A stretch of 41,757 nt of DNA from contig QPMI01000308.1 in assembly GCA_004431415.1 (NCBI GenBank), forward strand, positions 1 to 41,757. The letters run 5' to 3'. The notes below the pieces were generated by a model. The model was not told the DNA's origin, searched no databases, and saw nothing but the letters and a program-made list of their open reading frames with translations. The DNA comes from Cyanophora paradoxa CCMP329 (taxonomy: Eukaryota > Plantae > Glaucophyta). The stretch's first letter is position 1. Each line of letters starts with the position of its first letter. This document shows positions 12,447 through 24,400 of the stretch, in pieces. A program made the translations under genes and the position numbers.

Positions 12447-14022
12447 GCCTTCTCCGCCTCTCTCTCCACCGCCCTCGCCGCCTCCCTCGCCGCAGCCGCA
12501 GCAGCAGCAGCCGCCGCCGCCGCCGCCTCTCGCTCGGCCGCCTGCGCCGCCCGCTCGGCCGCTGCAGCCTCGAACCGTGCGGCCTGCGCGCGAGGGAGGG
12601 CGTGAGGGGCCGGCGGGGCGGGTGGGGGCGGGGCGGGCGCGCCTCGGCCTCGGCGACGGCCTGGATGCGGCGGGTCTCGGCGTCCTTCGCCTCGCGCCGT
12701 GCCAGCTCCGCCGCCTCCCGCCGCGTCCGCCGCTCCTCCTCCGCGTGCGCCTCCTCCGCGTGCGCCGCCCTCTCCGCCAGCCACCGCAGCGCCTCGTCCG
12801 TGCGCTTCTGCTCCAGCTGCGCCCGCGCCTCCTCCGCCTCCGCCGCCGCCCGCTTCGCCTCGGCCTCCGCGCGCTTCGCCTCGGCGGCGGCGGCCTCCTG
12901 CCGCCGGTGCTCCAGCTCGGCCTGCTTCACGAGGACCATCGCCTGCAGGCGCGCCCGCGCCGCCTGGACCTCGCTGGGCCGCGGCCGCGGGTTCGCCGCC
13001 TCCGCCTCCCGCCGCGCCTCCTCCAGCGCCACCTGCTCCTCCGCGAACGCGATCGCCTTCTCGCTGCGCCCGGCCCGCCCCTCGAGCCGGCCCCGCCCGC
13101 GCGGCCCCGCCCGCCACTCACATCGGGATGCTCCCGTCCGCGTTCTTCACGACGCCGATCATGACTCCGTTCGTGAGCTGAGGGGGGAGGTCAGAGGACT
13201 CGTCCGTCCTGTGCAGCCCCCCTTTTTCCTAGTCTCGCCAATTCCGTGAAACCTAGGCGATGCACTGGCGCATGTACCTCCTGTGAATATGTATCCCTCG
13301 CTTAACCTGCACACCCACCCCAGGCTACGCGAACCTTCTGGATAAGATCAACTGTCCTCGGGCCGACCGCTGGGATGAATCCGCTGACGGCCCGCAGAAT
13401 CGTGAGCGCCTGCTTTGGGCCGTTGTACTTGGAGTGATCGAAGCGGTTCTGATGCCGAGCTTCAGGAACAGTTACGAAGGGGGCTCGCGCAAGGCCGAGG
13501 CCCGACTCACGGAGATGAGGTTGTTCAGACAGCTCATATCGATTACGAAGCCCCTCTCCCGCGCGCCCCCGAGGATTCGGCCGACCACCTCGTGGTCATG
13601 ATGAATGACTCCCAGCGCGAGCTCCTGCAGCGGCGAGCGCGCGTCGATCAGAATCGATCGCTGGCGAGAGTGCGCGGATGCACCCTGCGTCCGAGCTTGG
13701 ATACGTAATCGCTCAAGCTGAGCGCCTTGGGCGGCCCCACGGAAGCGGTCGGCTTCAGGGCATCGGCGAGCGCGCGCTGCTCGCTTGGAGGTGCGCTCGC
13801 GCTCGCCGGTTCGGCGCTGCCCGGCTGGGCCGCGCTGGGGGACGCGCCTGTCGCTTCAACCAGCGCATCGGAGAGTGTGGCGTTTCCGGGCAAGCTCGCT
13901 TGCTGCCAAGCCGTCGAGGTCGACTGGATCGCGCGGCGGGGCGCGCGCGACAGCGCGGCCGCACGCTGTAGCGGCTGTGCTAGCCCGGCACGCCTCGCGA
14001 TCCTCGCCACGCTGGCGTGCAT
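10506..14022 (-). CDS. Hypothetical multi-exon protein with probable mitochondrial presequence, long coiled coil and TPR/PPR-like helical segments
   Basis: ATG at 14022 starts MHASVARIARRAGLAQPLQRAAALSRAPRRAIQSTS (Arg/Ala/Ser-rich, no acidic residues). Spliced exons include ELALGVIHHDHEVVGRILGGARERGFVIDMSCLNNLIS, an A/E/R coiled coil (12640-13060), LAAIAVEAFCRAGLTARAE and YEKLSGGFLAQGEIRTAELWLER, ending REAEARTLYNELV...FERIPASP* (stop 10506-10508). Confidence 0.6.
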
Positions 14023-14078
14023 CGCTCCGCTCCAAGCTCCAACCACCGGTAGCCCCCCAATAGTCGAAAAAGAAGAAG
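14023..14078. promoter_or_regulatory. Putative bidirectional promoter between divergent start codons (56 bp)
   Basis: Predicted ATGs at 14022 (-) and 14079 (+). Confidence 0.55.
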
Positions 14079-15418
14079 ATGGTACGTCGGGCGTGCCACG
14101 CCTCTGCGCGCTGTTGACGTGCTCGCAGGGCAAGCTAAAGCGCGATCGCGCGTTCCGCAAGGCGGCCGAAACCGTCAAGAAGGCCGTGCGCGAGCCAGCG
14201 ATCTCGCGCCACGACGATCACGCTGAGCCGCGGCGGCCCGTGCAGGAATCTTCAGAGGATGAAGCTAACAGCAAGGCCCTCGCTGGCAAGGGCCTGGCCT
14301 CCAGGCCCACGATAGAGAAGAAGATCCGGAAGAAGGAGCGCCTTCTAGCCAGTGAGCCCTTCCGCACAGCGCGCCGCCGCGTACACCAAATGCCGCGACC
14401 GCAGAGATCGAGGAAAATGCGAAGGCGTCTGGCAAAGCGAAGGCGGCGATCGAGGAGAGCTTGACCGCGGACCTCGGTACACTCGAGGGCGCGCTGCCAG
14501 AGGCCAAGGCGAAGGCCGCGACGCTGCAGCAGAAGCTGAACCCGCCGAAGCCTCTCTCGTCTAAAGCGCGTCAAAAGCTCGCGTGCGTCCTCCCCCGGCG
14601 CGCCTAGCTGCTCCGCCGCTCTCACCCGCGAGCGCCCTGGCGTGCAGGCTCGCCGAGATCACTCGCTTCCAGGCCGTTCTGAACCACAGGGCATTCAAGG
14701 CGAATCCGCAACAGGCGCTAGGTCCGCACCCCACGCCGCGCGCTACCCCCAGCTAAGCGTCCTGACGGGAGCGCAGGCGAGCACTTGAAAAACGTTGTAG
14801 ACAAGGTGAACGGGAGGATACCGGGCACTGCGGAAGCGAAGGCAGCAGAGGAAGAGGCAAAGGCGGCGGCAGCAGCAGCGGCGGCGGCGAAGGGCCCGAA
14901 AGGGAAGGAGGTGGCGGGCGCGGAAGCGGGCGGCGTGAAGCAGGCCAGGAAAGCGAAGCGGTTGCCGCGGCCGGGCCGGCCGTCGGCGGGCTCGGCGGCG
15001 GGCGGCGCGGCGGCGGCAGCAGCAGCAGCGGCGCCGGGAAGCGGCAAGAAGCGGAAGGCGGGCGGCGAGGGGATGGAGGTGGACGTCCCGAGCGGGGCAG
15101 CGCAGCAGCAGCGGCGGCGGGAGGAGCGGAAGCAGAAGGCGGCGGCCGCGAAGCTGACGCCGGAGCAGCGTGCGAAGCTCGCCCTCAAGAGCGAGAAGAT
15201 GGCCAAGGTGCGGCGGGGCGAGGGGGGAGCGGGCGGCGGCGCGGGCTCGCGCAGGGGCCCCTCTGAGGCGGGCGGGGGGGCGGGACGCGCAGGTCAAGGC
15301 GATGCGGAAGGACCGAAGGGCGCAGGAGAAGGCTCAGCGGCGGGCGGGGCGCGACGAGGACCAGACCATGGCCGACGCCGCCGCACCCGCAGCGAAGCGC
15401 GCGCGTCTCTCCGCCTAG
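14079..15418 (+). CDS. SLX9: Ribosome biogenesis protein SLX9/FAM207A-like
   Basis: M|GKLKRDRAFRK (ATG-only first coding exon, intron 14082-14128), KKIRKKERLLA|K, DLGTLEGALPE and the characteristic C-terminal motif EITRFQAVLNHRAFKANPQQAL|GEHLKN, followed by a Lys-rich extension. Stop at 15416-15418. Confidence 0.78.
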
Positions 15419-16329
15419 CTGCGTCCATTTTTGTATTCTGTATACAGCAGCATATTAGCCTAGCTATGCTTAGCCTTGACCTGACATATGCATGGTTTGA
15501 TAGCTGCAGTCTTCGAGCTGCTTATAGTTGTAGTCGGCATTAGATTTGATCGCATCTCGAGTTTAGCCTGAGTTGGTCAGCCTAGGGTACGCGAGTCTGT
15601 CTTCTGGAGTACAGGATGCCGCTGCTCACCGTAGTTTGTTGCATTCAGGGAACATTGCATCGCGGACAAAATTTGAGCGGCACACGCGAACGGAGGATAT
15701 ATCGGGCCACGCAAGTGCGATGTTGAAAGAGCTGAGATTGGGTGCACACGGAAAACGCGTGCGCGGACTTTGCTGGGACTGTGGTCCTGAGAAAAACGAA
15801 ATCGCCAACCTGTCACAGAGCTGTCATTTCAAGACCTGTCAAGCAGTTCAGAGCTCTCATCTCGAAAGTCTACTTCTCCGACGCCCGGACAACGTGCGAA
15901 CGAAGCGTGCTGCACAACTACTTATACATGAGAAAACAAGCCAGACGGGAGCACCGACCTGGCAACACTGCAAATTTAAATGGAAAGCTGATACCACAAG
16001 CGCCCCCCTACGAAGCTAACACTGCCTGGATGCCGCCCCGTCCCTACGCGACCGGGAAGGGGTCGGCATATAAGTTAAGTTCATGGATGCTGAACTAAAC
16101 TACCTGTTAACGCATTTTATGAGGCCTCTGTCGGCGAGGAACGCTGTATAACGGATGACGACAGCTGGACACAAAGGTTGTAAAGCTAAAGAGCGGGAAA
16201 GTTGTTAAAGGCCGTGCGGAAAACCAAAAACACGGGAGTGGCTCGAGAGCCCAAAATTGGACTGCCAGCGGCGGCGGCTACTGCTACCAGCGGCGGCGGC
16301 GGCGGCTGCTGCTGCCAGCAGGTCGCTCC

Positions 16330-18361
16330 TCAGGCGCTGGGCACGCCAGCGCCGTTGCAGCTCGCGGACGGGGGATACTGGATCCCGGAGAGGGGCGGCG
16401 TGGCCGGCCAGTTGGCGAGGGCGGCTGCGGCGGCGGCGGCGACGGCGGCGGCGGGCGGCGGGGCGGGGCCGTGTGGGCGCTCCTCCGGGGCGGGCCGGGG
16501 CGGGGCGGGGGGTGGGCGGTTGGCGCGCGGAAGGCGTCGGCGATCTTGCGGGCGTGGCGGAGGAGGATGCCGGGGTTCGAGAGGCCCCCGAAGAGGGCCA
16601 TCACCTGCGCCCGCGAGCTCAGCCGGGGCCCCCGCCCGCACCCGGGGCCCGCCCCGCCGCCCCGCTCGCCTTCTCGTGCTTCTCCAGCGCCATCTCCACC
16701 AGCGCGTCCGCCTGCGTCTCCGAGAGCTCCCGCCCCGCAAGCCACTCCTCCACCTGCCCCCGCCTGAGCCGAGGGGCGGACTCGGCGGGCGCGCGCGGCG
16801 CGCGCACCTGCCGCATGATCCGCTCCCGCAGGCCGGCATCGGACGCCGAGCCGCCGGCGAGGCCCCCGTTCGACCGGGGGCCCGGGTCGAGGCCCGGGCA
16901 GGAGGGCGGCGGGGCGCAGGCGGGGCCGGAGGGGGAGGCGGGGACGGGGATGAGGACGGGCGGGGGCGACTGGCCGCCGTGCTGGCTGCGCGAGGTCCCC
17001 GGCGAGTCGAGCGAGGCCGGGCTGCCAGAGGAGGGCGACCCGGGGCTCAGCGGCGGGGCCGGGGCCGGGGCCGGGGCCGGGGCCGGCTCGGGGGCCCCCG
17101 CGACGACTGCGCGGGAGGCGATGGAGAGGAGCGCCTCCACGCCCGACGCCTCCCGCTCCGTCTGCTGCTGCTGCCGGCTCCGCTGCCGCTCCCGCTCCCC
17201 CGCCTCCTCCTCGCTCCCGCTCGCCCCCTTGCTCCGCCGCCGCCGCTGCCTTTGCATCGCCCCCGGCCCCGCTGCCGCCGCGCCGTTCTCCGGCCGCGGC
17301 GCGCTCCCGAGGTGCGGCAGGAAGGTGGGAGCGGCGAGGGCGCGGGACGAGAGCGGCGGGGGAGGCGGAACTGTAACGGCGGGCGGCGGGCGAACGGCGA
17401 TGGGGGACGGCCGAACGGGCGCCACCGCCGTCCGGCCGCCGGACCCGTGCGCTTCTCCGTTCGAGAAGCCAGTCTTGCACTCCGCCCCGTTCGATGGGCC
17501 GTACCCGTCGAGAAGTGCGGTCAGCGCGGGGGGCGCTGCAAGAAACGTCACACGCAGGGCGCCGGCTGGAAAAGGGAGGAAAAGAAATGCGCACCGGGAG
17601 AGCGGCGCTCCGGCTGGAGTGGATGCGCCCCGTTCTCCTCCTTCATTACGGGGGAGGCGCTCTCCAGAGGGGGCGGGGTGGGCGACCCGTCCGACCCCTG
17701 GGCCTCCGCGTCGCCCACGCCGGGCCAGTCGCCCCCGTTGTACGACTCCAGGGCGTGCGCGCCCCGAGCCGACCCGTTCGCGCTCCCCGCCTTCCGCAGC
17801 TGCGCGCCGGAATGCGAACCGGCGCCGGTCAGACGGAGGGCCGCGCTGTCATTCGGCAAGTGCATGACAGGACGGAGCGCGATCGTCGTGACAGGATACC
17901 GAATCTCTTACCTTGCGGCCGGGCCAGCGCTTGATACCGTAGGAGCGGCAAATTTTCTTCAGCGTCGTAACACAGACCCCGAGCTTTCCAGCAGCGGCTT
18001 GTATAGAGAGGGCGAAGTGCTCTTGGAGCCTAGATAGGGGAATCTCCTTTTGGTTGGGGTGCTGCGACGAGTTAAGAGGAGCGCTCCGGCCGGCACCGAG
18101 GGGGCAATCACACCTTTCTTTCGCGCTCGGAGGAGCTGTGAGACGTCGGGCTGTGTGCTGTACCTTTCGCAGCGATGTACAGCGGCGCTGGGCTGGCGTT
18201 GGCCGCGAAAGGCTGCTCGCACATCGACAGTATCGTGCCAATCGGCGGCAAGCTGTGCTGGCGCTCCGCCGGCTCAGCATCTTCGTGCTTGCAGCCATCT
18301 ATATGCTCTGAATCGCCCGCTCGCTGCGTCCATCGGTCAGTAATCAAGTAGGTCGAACCAT
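16330..18361 (-). CDS. RWP-RK domain transcription factor (multi-exon; 5' end uncertain)
   Basis: The exon at ~17911-18063 encodes EIPLSRLQEHFALSIQAAAGKLGVCVTTLKKICRSYGIKRWPGRK, a canonical RWP-RK domain. Downstream are low-complexity exons and a small helical C-terminal domain. Stop at 16330-16332. The start at 18361 is tentative. Confidence 0.85.
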
Positions 18362-18489
18362 GTTCGCGCGCGGGATGAATAGGGACGTTTTTGGGGCGGT
18401 GACTGAGGACGACAACCTTAAGTGCTCAACATTCTAGACCAGACGAGTAGGAGGCGACGGCGGGCGACGGCTCGTAGGGGCGCCAACGC

Positions 18490-21021
18490 ATGGATTTTGA
18501 TTTGGGGCGCAATGCTCAGGGAAGGCCGCCGCGAGCGAGTATAAGATGGCCGTTTGGGCTTTAAGCCGCTCGCTAGAGCCCACAAAAGCGAGAGGACGCA
18601 CCGGCGGTTCAGTTGTCCAACTTGTTCTTCGAAGCTTGCCAAAGTTGTGTTCCTGGGCCTGGCCAGTTCTATTCCAGGAGCTGGTCATCGTCGACCGTCT
18701 GGTCGATCTTCCATGCGCGGCGGACCGCCGAACAGATTCAAGCGAACTCGACAACAAGATGCCCCTTCGGAACGGGGTACAGCGTTTCTTCGCGGGATTC
18801 AGGCCCCGAGAGCTGATTCTCAGCTGAACATCCTCCAATTCGCTCAGGAACGAAGAACATCTTAATTTCAAGAGCTCGTGCGCCGCCCCGCCCCCGTGCC
18901 GGGGGCTGCGCCCCTCCGGGCACCCCGGAGCTCACGGGGGCGCGCGCAGTGACCATGCAGGGCGTAGAATACATCAATTCGCTCGAGGCGCAGGCCGGGG
19001 AGGTTATCCGTACATCGAACGGCTTCGAGGTCCGCCGCGTGGACGCGAACTCCGCCGCCTTCGCGCCGCTCGCTGCCGCAGTGAACGACGTGTGCATGTT
19101 TACGTACACACCGCAGGTTCTCGTGCGCGCGCCCCCGCGCCTTGGCGCATTTTTCCGGCGAAAGCGCATCGCGTTGGTCGCGGGCCGCGTCTTCCTCGCT
19201 TCGGCCGCGGGCCGGCCGGCCCCCGAGATGCTTCGCCGCAGAGCGCTTTGTTTGTGTTGAATGAGCGCCGCGCGTGCGCGCAGATCCCACAGGGCGTCTC
19301 GATCAAGGAGGCGGGAGAGACTTGCCTCGCAAGGATGAGGCAGCGGGAGCAGCTGGTCCCGACCTCCCGCATTCGCGGGCCACCGCAGACCCTGACGAGC
19401 GCTGTCCTCAGGGCCTCCAACTCCCCCAGGACGATGATGAGCGCTCTCAGTATCTCCGCGGCAAGGTTGGCACGCTATCTCATGACACGCCCTTTCGGAT
19501 TTAACTGCGCATGGCAGCTCGAGGCGATGGTGCGTCCCAAGCAGGAATCGATCTGGCTCTTGCCCCCTCACTCGGGCAATTCCTTGCCCAGAACGAGTTC
19601 GTCCAAGACCTCGTGGAGAACCAGGTCGTCGACAAGAACAAGGAGATCCGCCCCGAGCAGGCCCTGGGTGCGAGCCCCGCCCGCTTCTGAGACTAGCCCA
19701 CCGACCCGCATGCTTGGCCTGCGCAGGGCCCGTGCTCGTCCTGCCCACCCCGGAGTCCCGTTTCGCCAAGTTCGCCCGGCCTCTCGTGCGTTCCGGTTCT
19801 CGCTCTGTCCCGTTTCGCTTTCGAGGCGCTCCCTCAGGAGCGGCAGGGCGGCCGCTGGCCGTCGGGCGAGCGCGAGCGCGAGCAAGAGCGGGAGCTGCCC
19901 ACTGACCGCGAGATCTTTGGCGAGCCAGGTTCCGATCGCAATCCTGGCCCCTGCCGTATGCTGACCCGTCTCCAGCCGTCTCCGAGGGCGACATGTTCGG
20001 CGGCCTCTTCGGTGGCGGCGGTCTCGACTTCGGGTCCGGTGCGCCGGCTCCGAGTCTCAATGGCGCACGCACACGCGTGGTTTCCGCTGATCGCGATTCC
20101 GCGGCTGCGCACAGGGTTCATGTCTGTCGAGAGCGAGGAGGCGCGCGTCTCTCGAGCGCCGCGCCATCCCCGCTGATCCCGCACGCGCAGTGGGACGCCG
20201 GCCCGTACGGGTACGGCTCGACCACGACGATCATCGGGGCCATCCCGTACGGGGAGGAGCGGGCCTCGCCCCAGCCCGGCCGCGGCGCCGCCCGCCCGGG
20301 CTGGCAGGGCGCCCCGCAGGCCTGGCGGGGGCCCCAGCAGGCCTACCAGGGGCGGCCGCAGTGGGCCGGCCGCGCGCAGCCTGAGGAGCGCACGTACCAC
20401 TACCCGAGTGCGCGCCGGCGCCCTCTCCTGCGCGCATGCAGCCCACGCGCTCGCAGTCCACGTCTCGGAGCGGGCCGGGCAGACGCAGCGCGAGACCTTC
20501 GCCACCGGGCAGCCGGCCGTGTCCGGGGCCTTCCCTGCCGGGCAGCCGGCCGTCTCGGGCGCCCAGCCGCAGCCCTTCGTGGACGCGCAGCAGCAGCCGT
20601 GGCGCGGCGGCGCGGCGCAGCAGCAGTACGCCGGCGTTCCGGTGGGCGGCCAGCAGCCTTTCCAGGGCCAGCAGCCGTTCACGGGCGGGCAGCAGCCTTT
20701 CCGGGGCGGCCAGCAGCAGTTCACAGGCGGGCAGCAGCAGTTCACGGGCGGCCAGCAGCCGTTCACCGGCGGGCAGCAGTGGGGCCCGTCGCCGGCCGTC
20801 GGCCCCCGCACCGAGTACCTCCACCGCGCTTTCCCCGGCGGGTCCGTCCTGCTTTTTGAGTTGAAAACAAATCCTCTCGTATCCATTTTAATCTATGCTT
20901 ACGCTTTCCTTCCATCAGGTACACGGGCGCTCCTGGGGGCGTGCCCGGCACTCAGACCTACGCCGGACCTCAGCAGGGCGGCTGGGGCGGCCAGGCCGGG
21001 CAGGGGCTCCGCCGCTTCTAA
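18490..21021 (+). CDS. Hypothetical multi-exon protein: basic R/G-rich N-terminus, central globular region, Q/G/P/F/Y-rich repetitive C-terminus
   Basis: Splicing gives MDFDLGRNAQGRPPRA|KPTKARGRTG|GAGHRRPSGRSSMRGGPPNRFKR...ILISRA|LTMQGVEYINSLE...NEFVQDLVENQVVDKNKE...GGQQPF repeats...|YTGAPGGVPGTQTYAGPQQGGWGGQAGQGLRRF* (TAA 21019-21021). Central exon phases are ambiguous. Confidence 0.55.
20645..20782 (+). repeat. Coding ~21-bp tandem repeat (GGQQ[P/Q]F[T/Q/R]) x ~6-7
   Basis: ggcgg(c/g)cagcag(ccg/cag)ttcac-type units are directly visible. Confidence 0.85.
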
Positions 21022-21462
21022 ATTGAGCCCGCGTGCAGCGGCAGCTTTCGACTCGGTCGAGCTTCCCGAGTACATGCGATGGCGTTAAATCTCGCGTGCA
21101 CGTGTAGTTTAGGCGTGGTATACGTAGTCTTAGAGAGCGTACCGCCTGTAACTTGGCTGTAAGTAACTTCGCTTGGCTGCAATCGCAATTTGAGTTCCCT
21201 GCCGATCCAAATTAAAGCCCTGGCGCCTAGGGACTCGAGCTCGCGGCTGGTGGCCGCCGCAGATCCTTATCATGACGAGCGCTTTTTGGATCCTGACGAT
21301 CGCAACGTAACCGTCTCCAGCAAGCGCTAGCGCTCTCAGAATGTTCGTGGTTTGCTCTCACCTGAGTTTTGGGGTACTGCAGTTGCAAGGGGGTACATGG
21401 TCTAGCGCTCGCAGCCTCTGGGCGTAACGAGACACCGCGCCGGTCCGATCGGCGCGCTCGCG

Positions 21463-24400
21463 ATGGCGTTTCAAACGCCAACGGTCACGGGGCTCTTCTC
21501 CCGCCGGGCTCGCCGGCCTCCTCTGGCCGCCCCGGCGCGAAGAGCCACATGCGCGACCGCGCTGCATTATCCGCTAGCTGTGGGCGCGGCAGCGGTCGGG
21601 TGTGACTCGTGCGCGACGCCCGCCGCAGCGCTGACTGCAAGTCGCTGACCAGCTGCGGCGCAGCGGCCTGCTAGGGACGTGGCGACTGGTGGCGGTCCGC
21701 CGACTGGGTTCGACGCAAGCGCTTGCCTGGAGGCCTCCGGGCGTGCGCCTCGCGCCAACGCGGCGAGCAGCAGCCGCGCTTCCCCCACACCAGCCGATCC
21801 TGGCCTCGGCCTCCGCGCGGCGCGTAAAAAGCGACTCGATAGAGTGGGAGGAGGACGAGTACGACTACGACGGCGGCTTCCAGGCGCGCGGGACCCCGTT
21901 TCTTCGTCGCCGGCCCCCGCTGGCCGCCTCGGGCGAACCGGCGCCCGGCGCGCGCGCGCAGGACGTCGTGGCGCCGCAGTTCGCGATGACGGAGGACGAG
22001 GAGGGCCCCGGGCAGAAGGCGGCCGCCGCGCTCAAGGAGGAGCGCGAGTGGGAGGAGTGCGACGAGCAGGCGCGCCGGCCCGCCCCGCCCCGCCCTGCGC
22101 TGCCCTCCGCTTGGCGGCCCGCTGACGACGCCGCTGCCCGCCCGCAGCCGAGCCTCGTGGCGCCGGCGCCGCGCCATCCGGCGCCGCGCTCGCCCTCCCC
22201 GGCGCGCATCGCCCAGCTCCAGGGGTCCGAAACCGCCACGTCCCCCGGCGCCGCCGGGGCGCCGCGCGGGCTCTCGCCGACGGGGGGCGCAGGGCGGGCC
22301 AGTTCGACGAGGACTTCGACGACTCGATGGACGAGTCCAGCTACGACAACGAGCCCTTCAGCTCCTCCCCGCCCCCGGCCGGCTACGAGCCGTCCGCCCC
22401 GCCCCGCCCCGCCCCGCCCCGCCCCGAGCGCCGGGCGGCCGATCGACGCGGGCGGGCAGGGCGGGGGGCGAGGCGTACGGGGCGTGGGCGGACCGGTACC
22501 AGGGGGTGATGGGCGAGGCGGCGCAGAACGTCAACGTGCCCAACTACCGGCCCGCCCCGCCCGCCCCCGCACCGCGCACCGGCCCCGCTCACGCCGCACG
22601 GCAGGTACCCGCTCTACCTGGTGGACCAGAACATCGAGGAGATCATCAGCTTCCTGCTCGAGCTCGGCATCCCCGACGTCGACAGCGCCCGCCGCCTCCT
22701 CCGCAGGTGCCCCCGAAGCCGGCCAAGCCGCGGGCTCGCCCCGGCGTGCGTCGAGGCGGCGGGGCGCGGGGCGGCAGGTTCCGGCTGATCCTCGCGTTCG
22801 ACCCCGTGGAGACGCGCCTGGTGCCCGTCGTCGAGTTCCTCTCCGCCGAGGTCGGCCTCTCCCGCCCCCGCATCGGCCACGTCCTCCAGGCGCCCCCGCC
22901 CCCCCGCTCCCCCCCCGCCGCCCCCCGCCTCCCCTCACGCCCCGCAGGCCTACCCATGGATCCTCCTCTTCAACCCGCGCCGCGAGATGCGCCCCGTGAA
23001 CGAGCTCCTCCGCGCCGTCGGCCTCACCCGCCGCCAGGTGCCCCGCCCCGGCTGGCCGCCGGCCCGCCCCGGCGCCCCCACGCCGCTCACCCAGCCTCCC
23101 CCCACTCAGATCGCGGAGCTCTGGCTCCTCAAGCCCCAGCTCCCCAGGCGCGCCCGCCCTCGCGCGCGCGGGCCTCCGCGCGGGGTGACGCGGGCCCGGG
23201 GCGCAGGCTGTACGAGCAGGGGCGCCTGCAGGCCCTCGTCGCCTTCCTCCGCGAGGTCCCATGGCGGCCCCGCCCCGCCCCGGCCCCGCGCCCCTCACCT
23301 CGGCCCCGCAGGAGTGCGGCCTCTCCGCCCCCGCCGTCGGCCGCCTCATCGCCGCCTACCGCACCGTACCCGCTCGCCGCTCGCCCACCGGCCTCCCCTC
23401 CGCCCCTTCCGACGCCGGCGCAGGTTCTGACGCTGAGCGTCCCGCGGCGCCTGGCGCCCAAGGCCCGCTACCTTCTCGACCTCCTCGGCTCCAAGGCGCG
23501 CGCCCCAACCCCCTCAAACCCCCCCCCCCCCCCCCCCCCCCTCGCCTTCGAGCGGCCGGCAGGCGGCGCTGGCGCGGGCGCTCCACCGCTTCCCGGGCCT
23601 GCTCGGGCTCAGGTGAGCCGCCCCGCCCCTCCCCCCTCCCTCCCCGAGCGAGCCCGGGGGCAGCGAGGAGCGGAAGCTGCGGCCGGCGGTGGAGCTCCTG
23701 GGCTCCCTCGGGCTCTCCGGCCCCCACCTTGCCTCCGCCATCGCCAAGGGGCCCCAGGCGCCCCGCCCCCGCCCACCTCCCTCCTCCACCCGCTCACGGC
23801 GCGCCGGCAGATCATCACGTACCGGCCGGAGAAGGTGGAGGCCTTCGTGGAGTACGCCGCCACCCTCGGCATCCAGCGGGGCGAGATCGGTGCGCCGGCG
23901 CCTCCGCCCTCGGTCCGGGGCGGCGGGGCGAGGGGGCGGGGGCGCAGGGCGGATGGTGCGGGCGATGCCGAACGTCCTCGGGCTCTCCGTGGAGGCCAAG
24001 GTGCCCCCCCGCCCCCCTTCCCCTCGCGGGCCCGCCTCGACGGCGCTGGCCCCGGGCAGGTGGCGCCCACGGTGGAGTTCCTGAGGGGCGAGGGCCTCGA
24101 CGGGCCCCAGCTCGCCTCCCTCCTCCGCGCCTTCGCGTCCGCCCGCCCCCCTCCCCCCCGCCCCCTCCCCCCGCCCACGCCCGCCTACCCCGCAGGCCCG
24201 TCCTCGGCCTCCGCCTGGACGTCCTCAAGCAGAAGGCGCGCCGGAGGCCGCCCCGCCCGCCCCGCCCTCGGCCCCGCCTGAGGCGCGCGCAGCTCGCCAT
24301 CCTGCGCGACGAGCTCGGCATGGGCCTCGACGAGATCGCCCGGTGCGCCCCCCGCCCGCCGAGGCTCGACCCGCTCCGACCCGGGCGGGCGGCGGGGGTG

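Noticed and set aside
15573-16098. Cys-containing ORFs as a piggyBac-like transposase tail
   Set aside because: Cys spacing is unconvincing, starts are non-ATG, and there is no DDE domain or TIR.
20645-20782. CRISPR-like array
   Set aside because: In-frame coding repeat without unique spacers, in a eukaryotic context.
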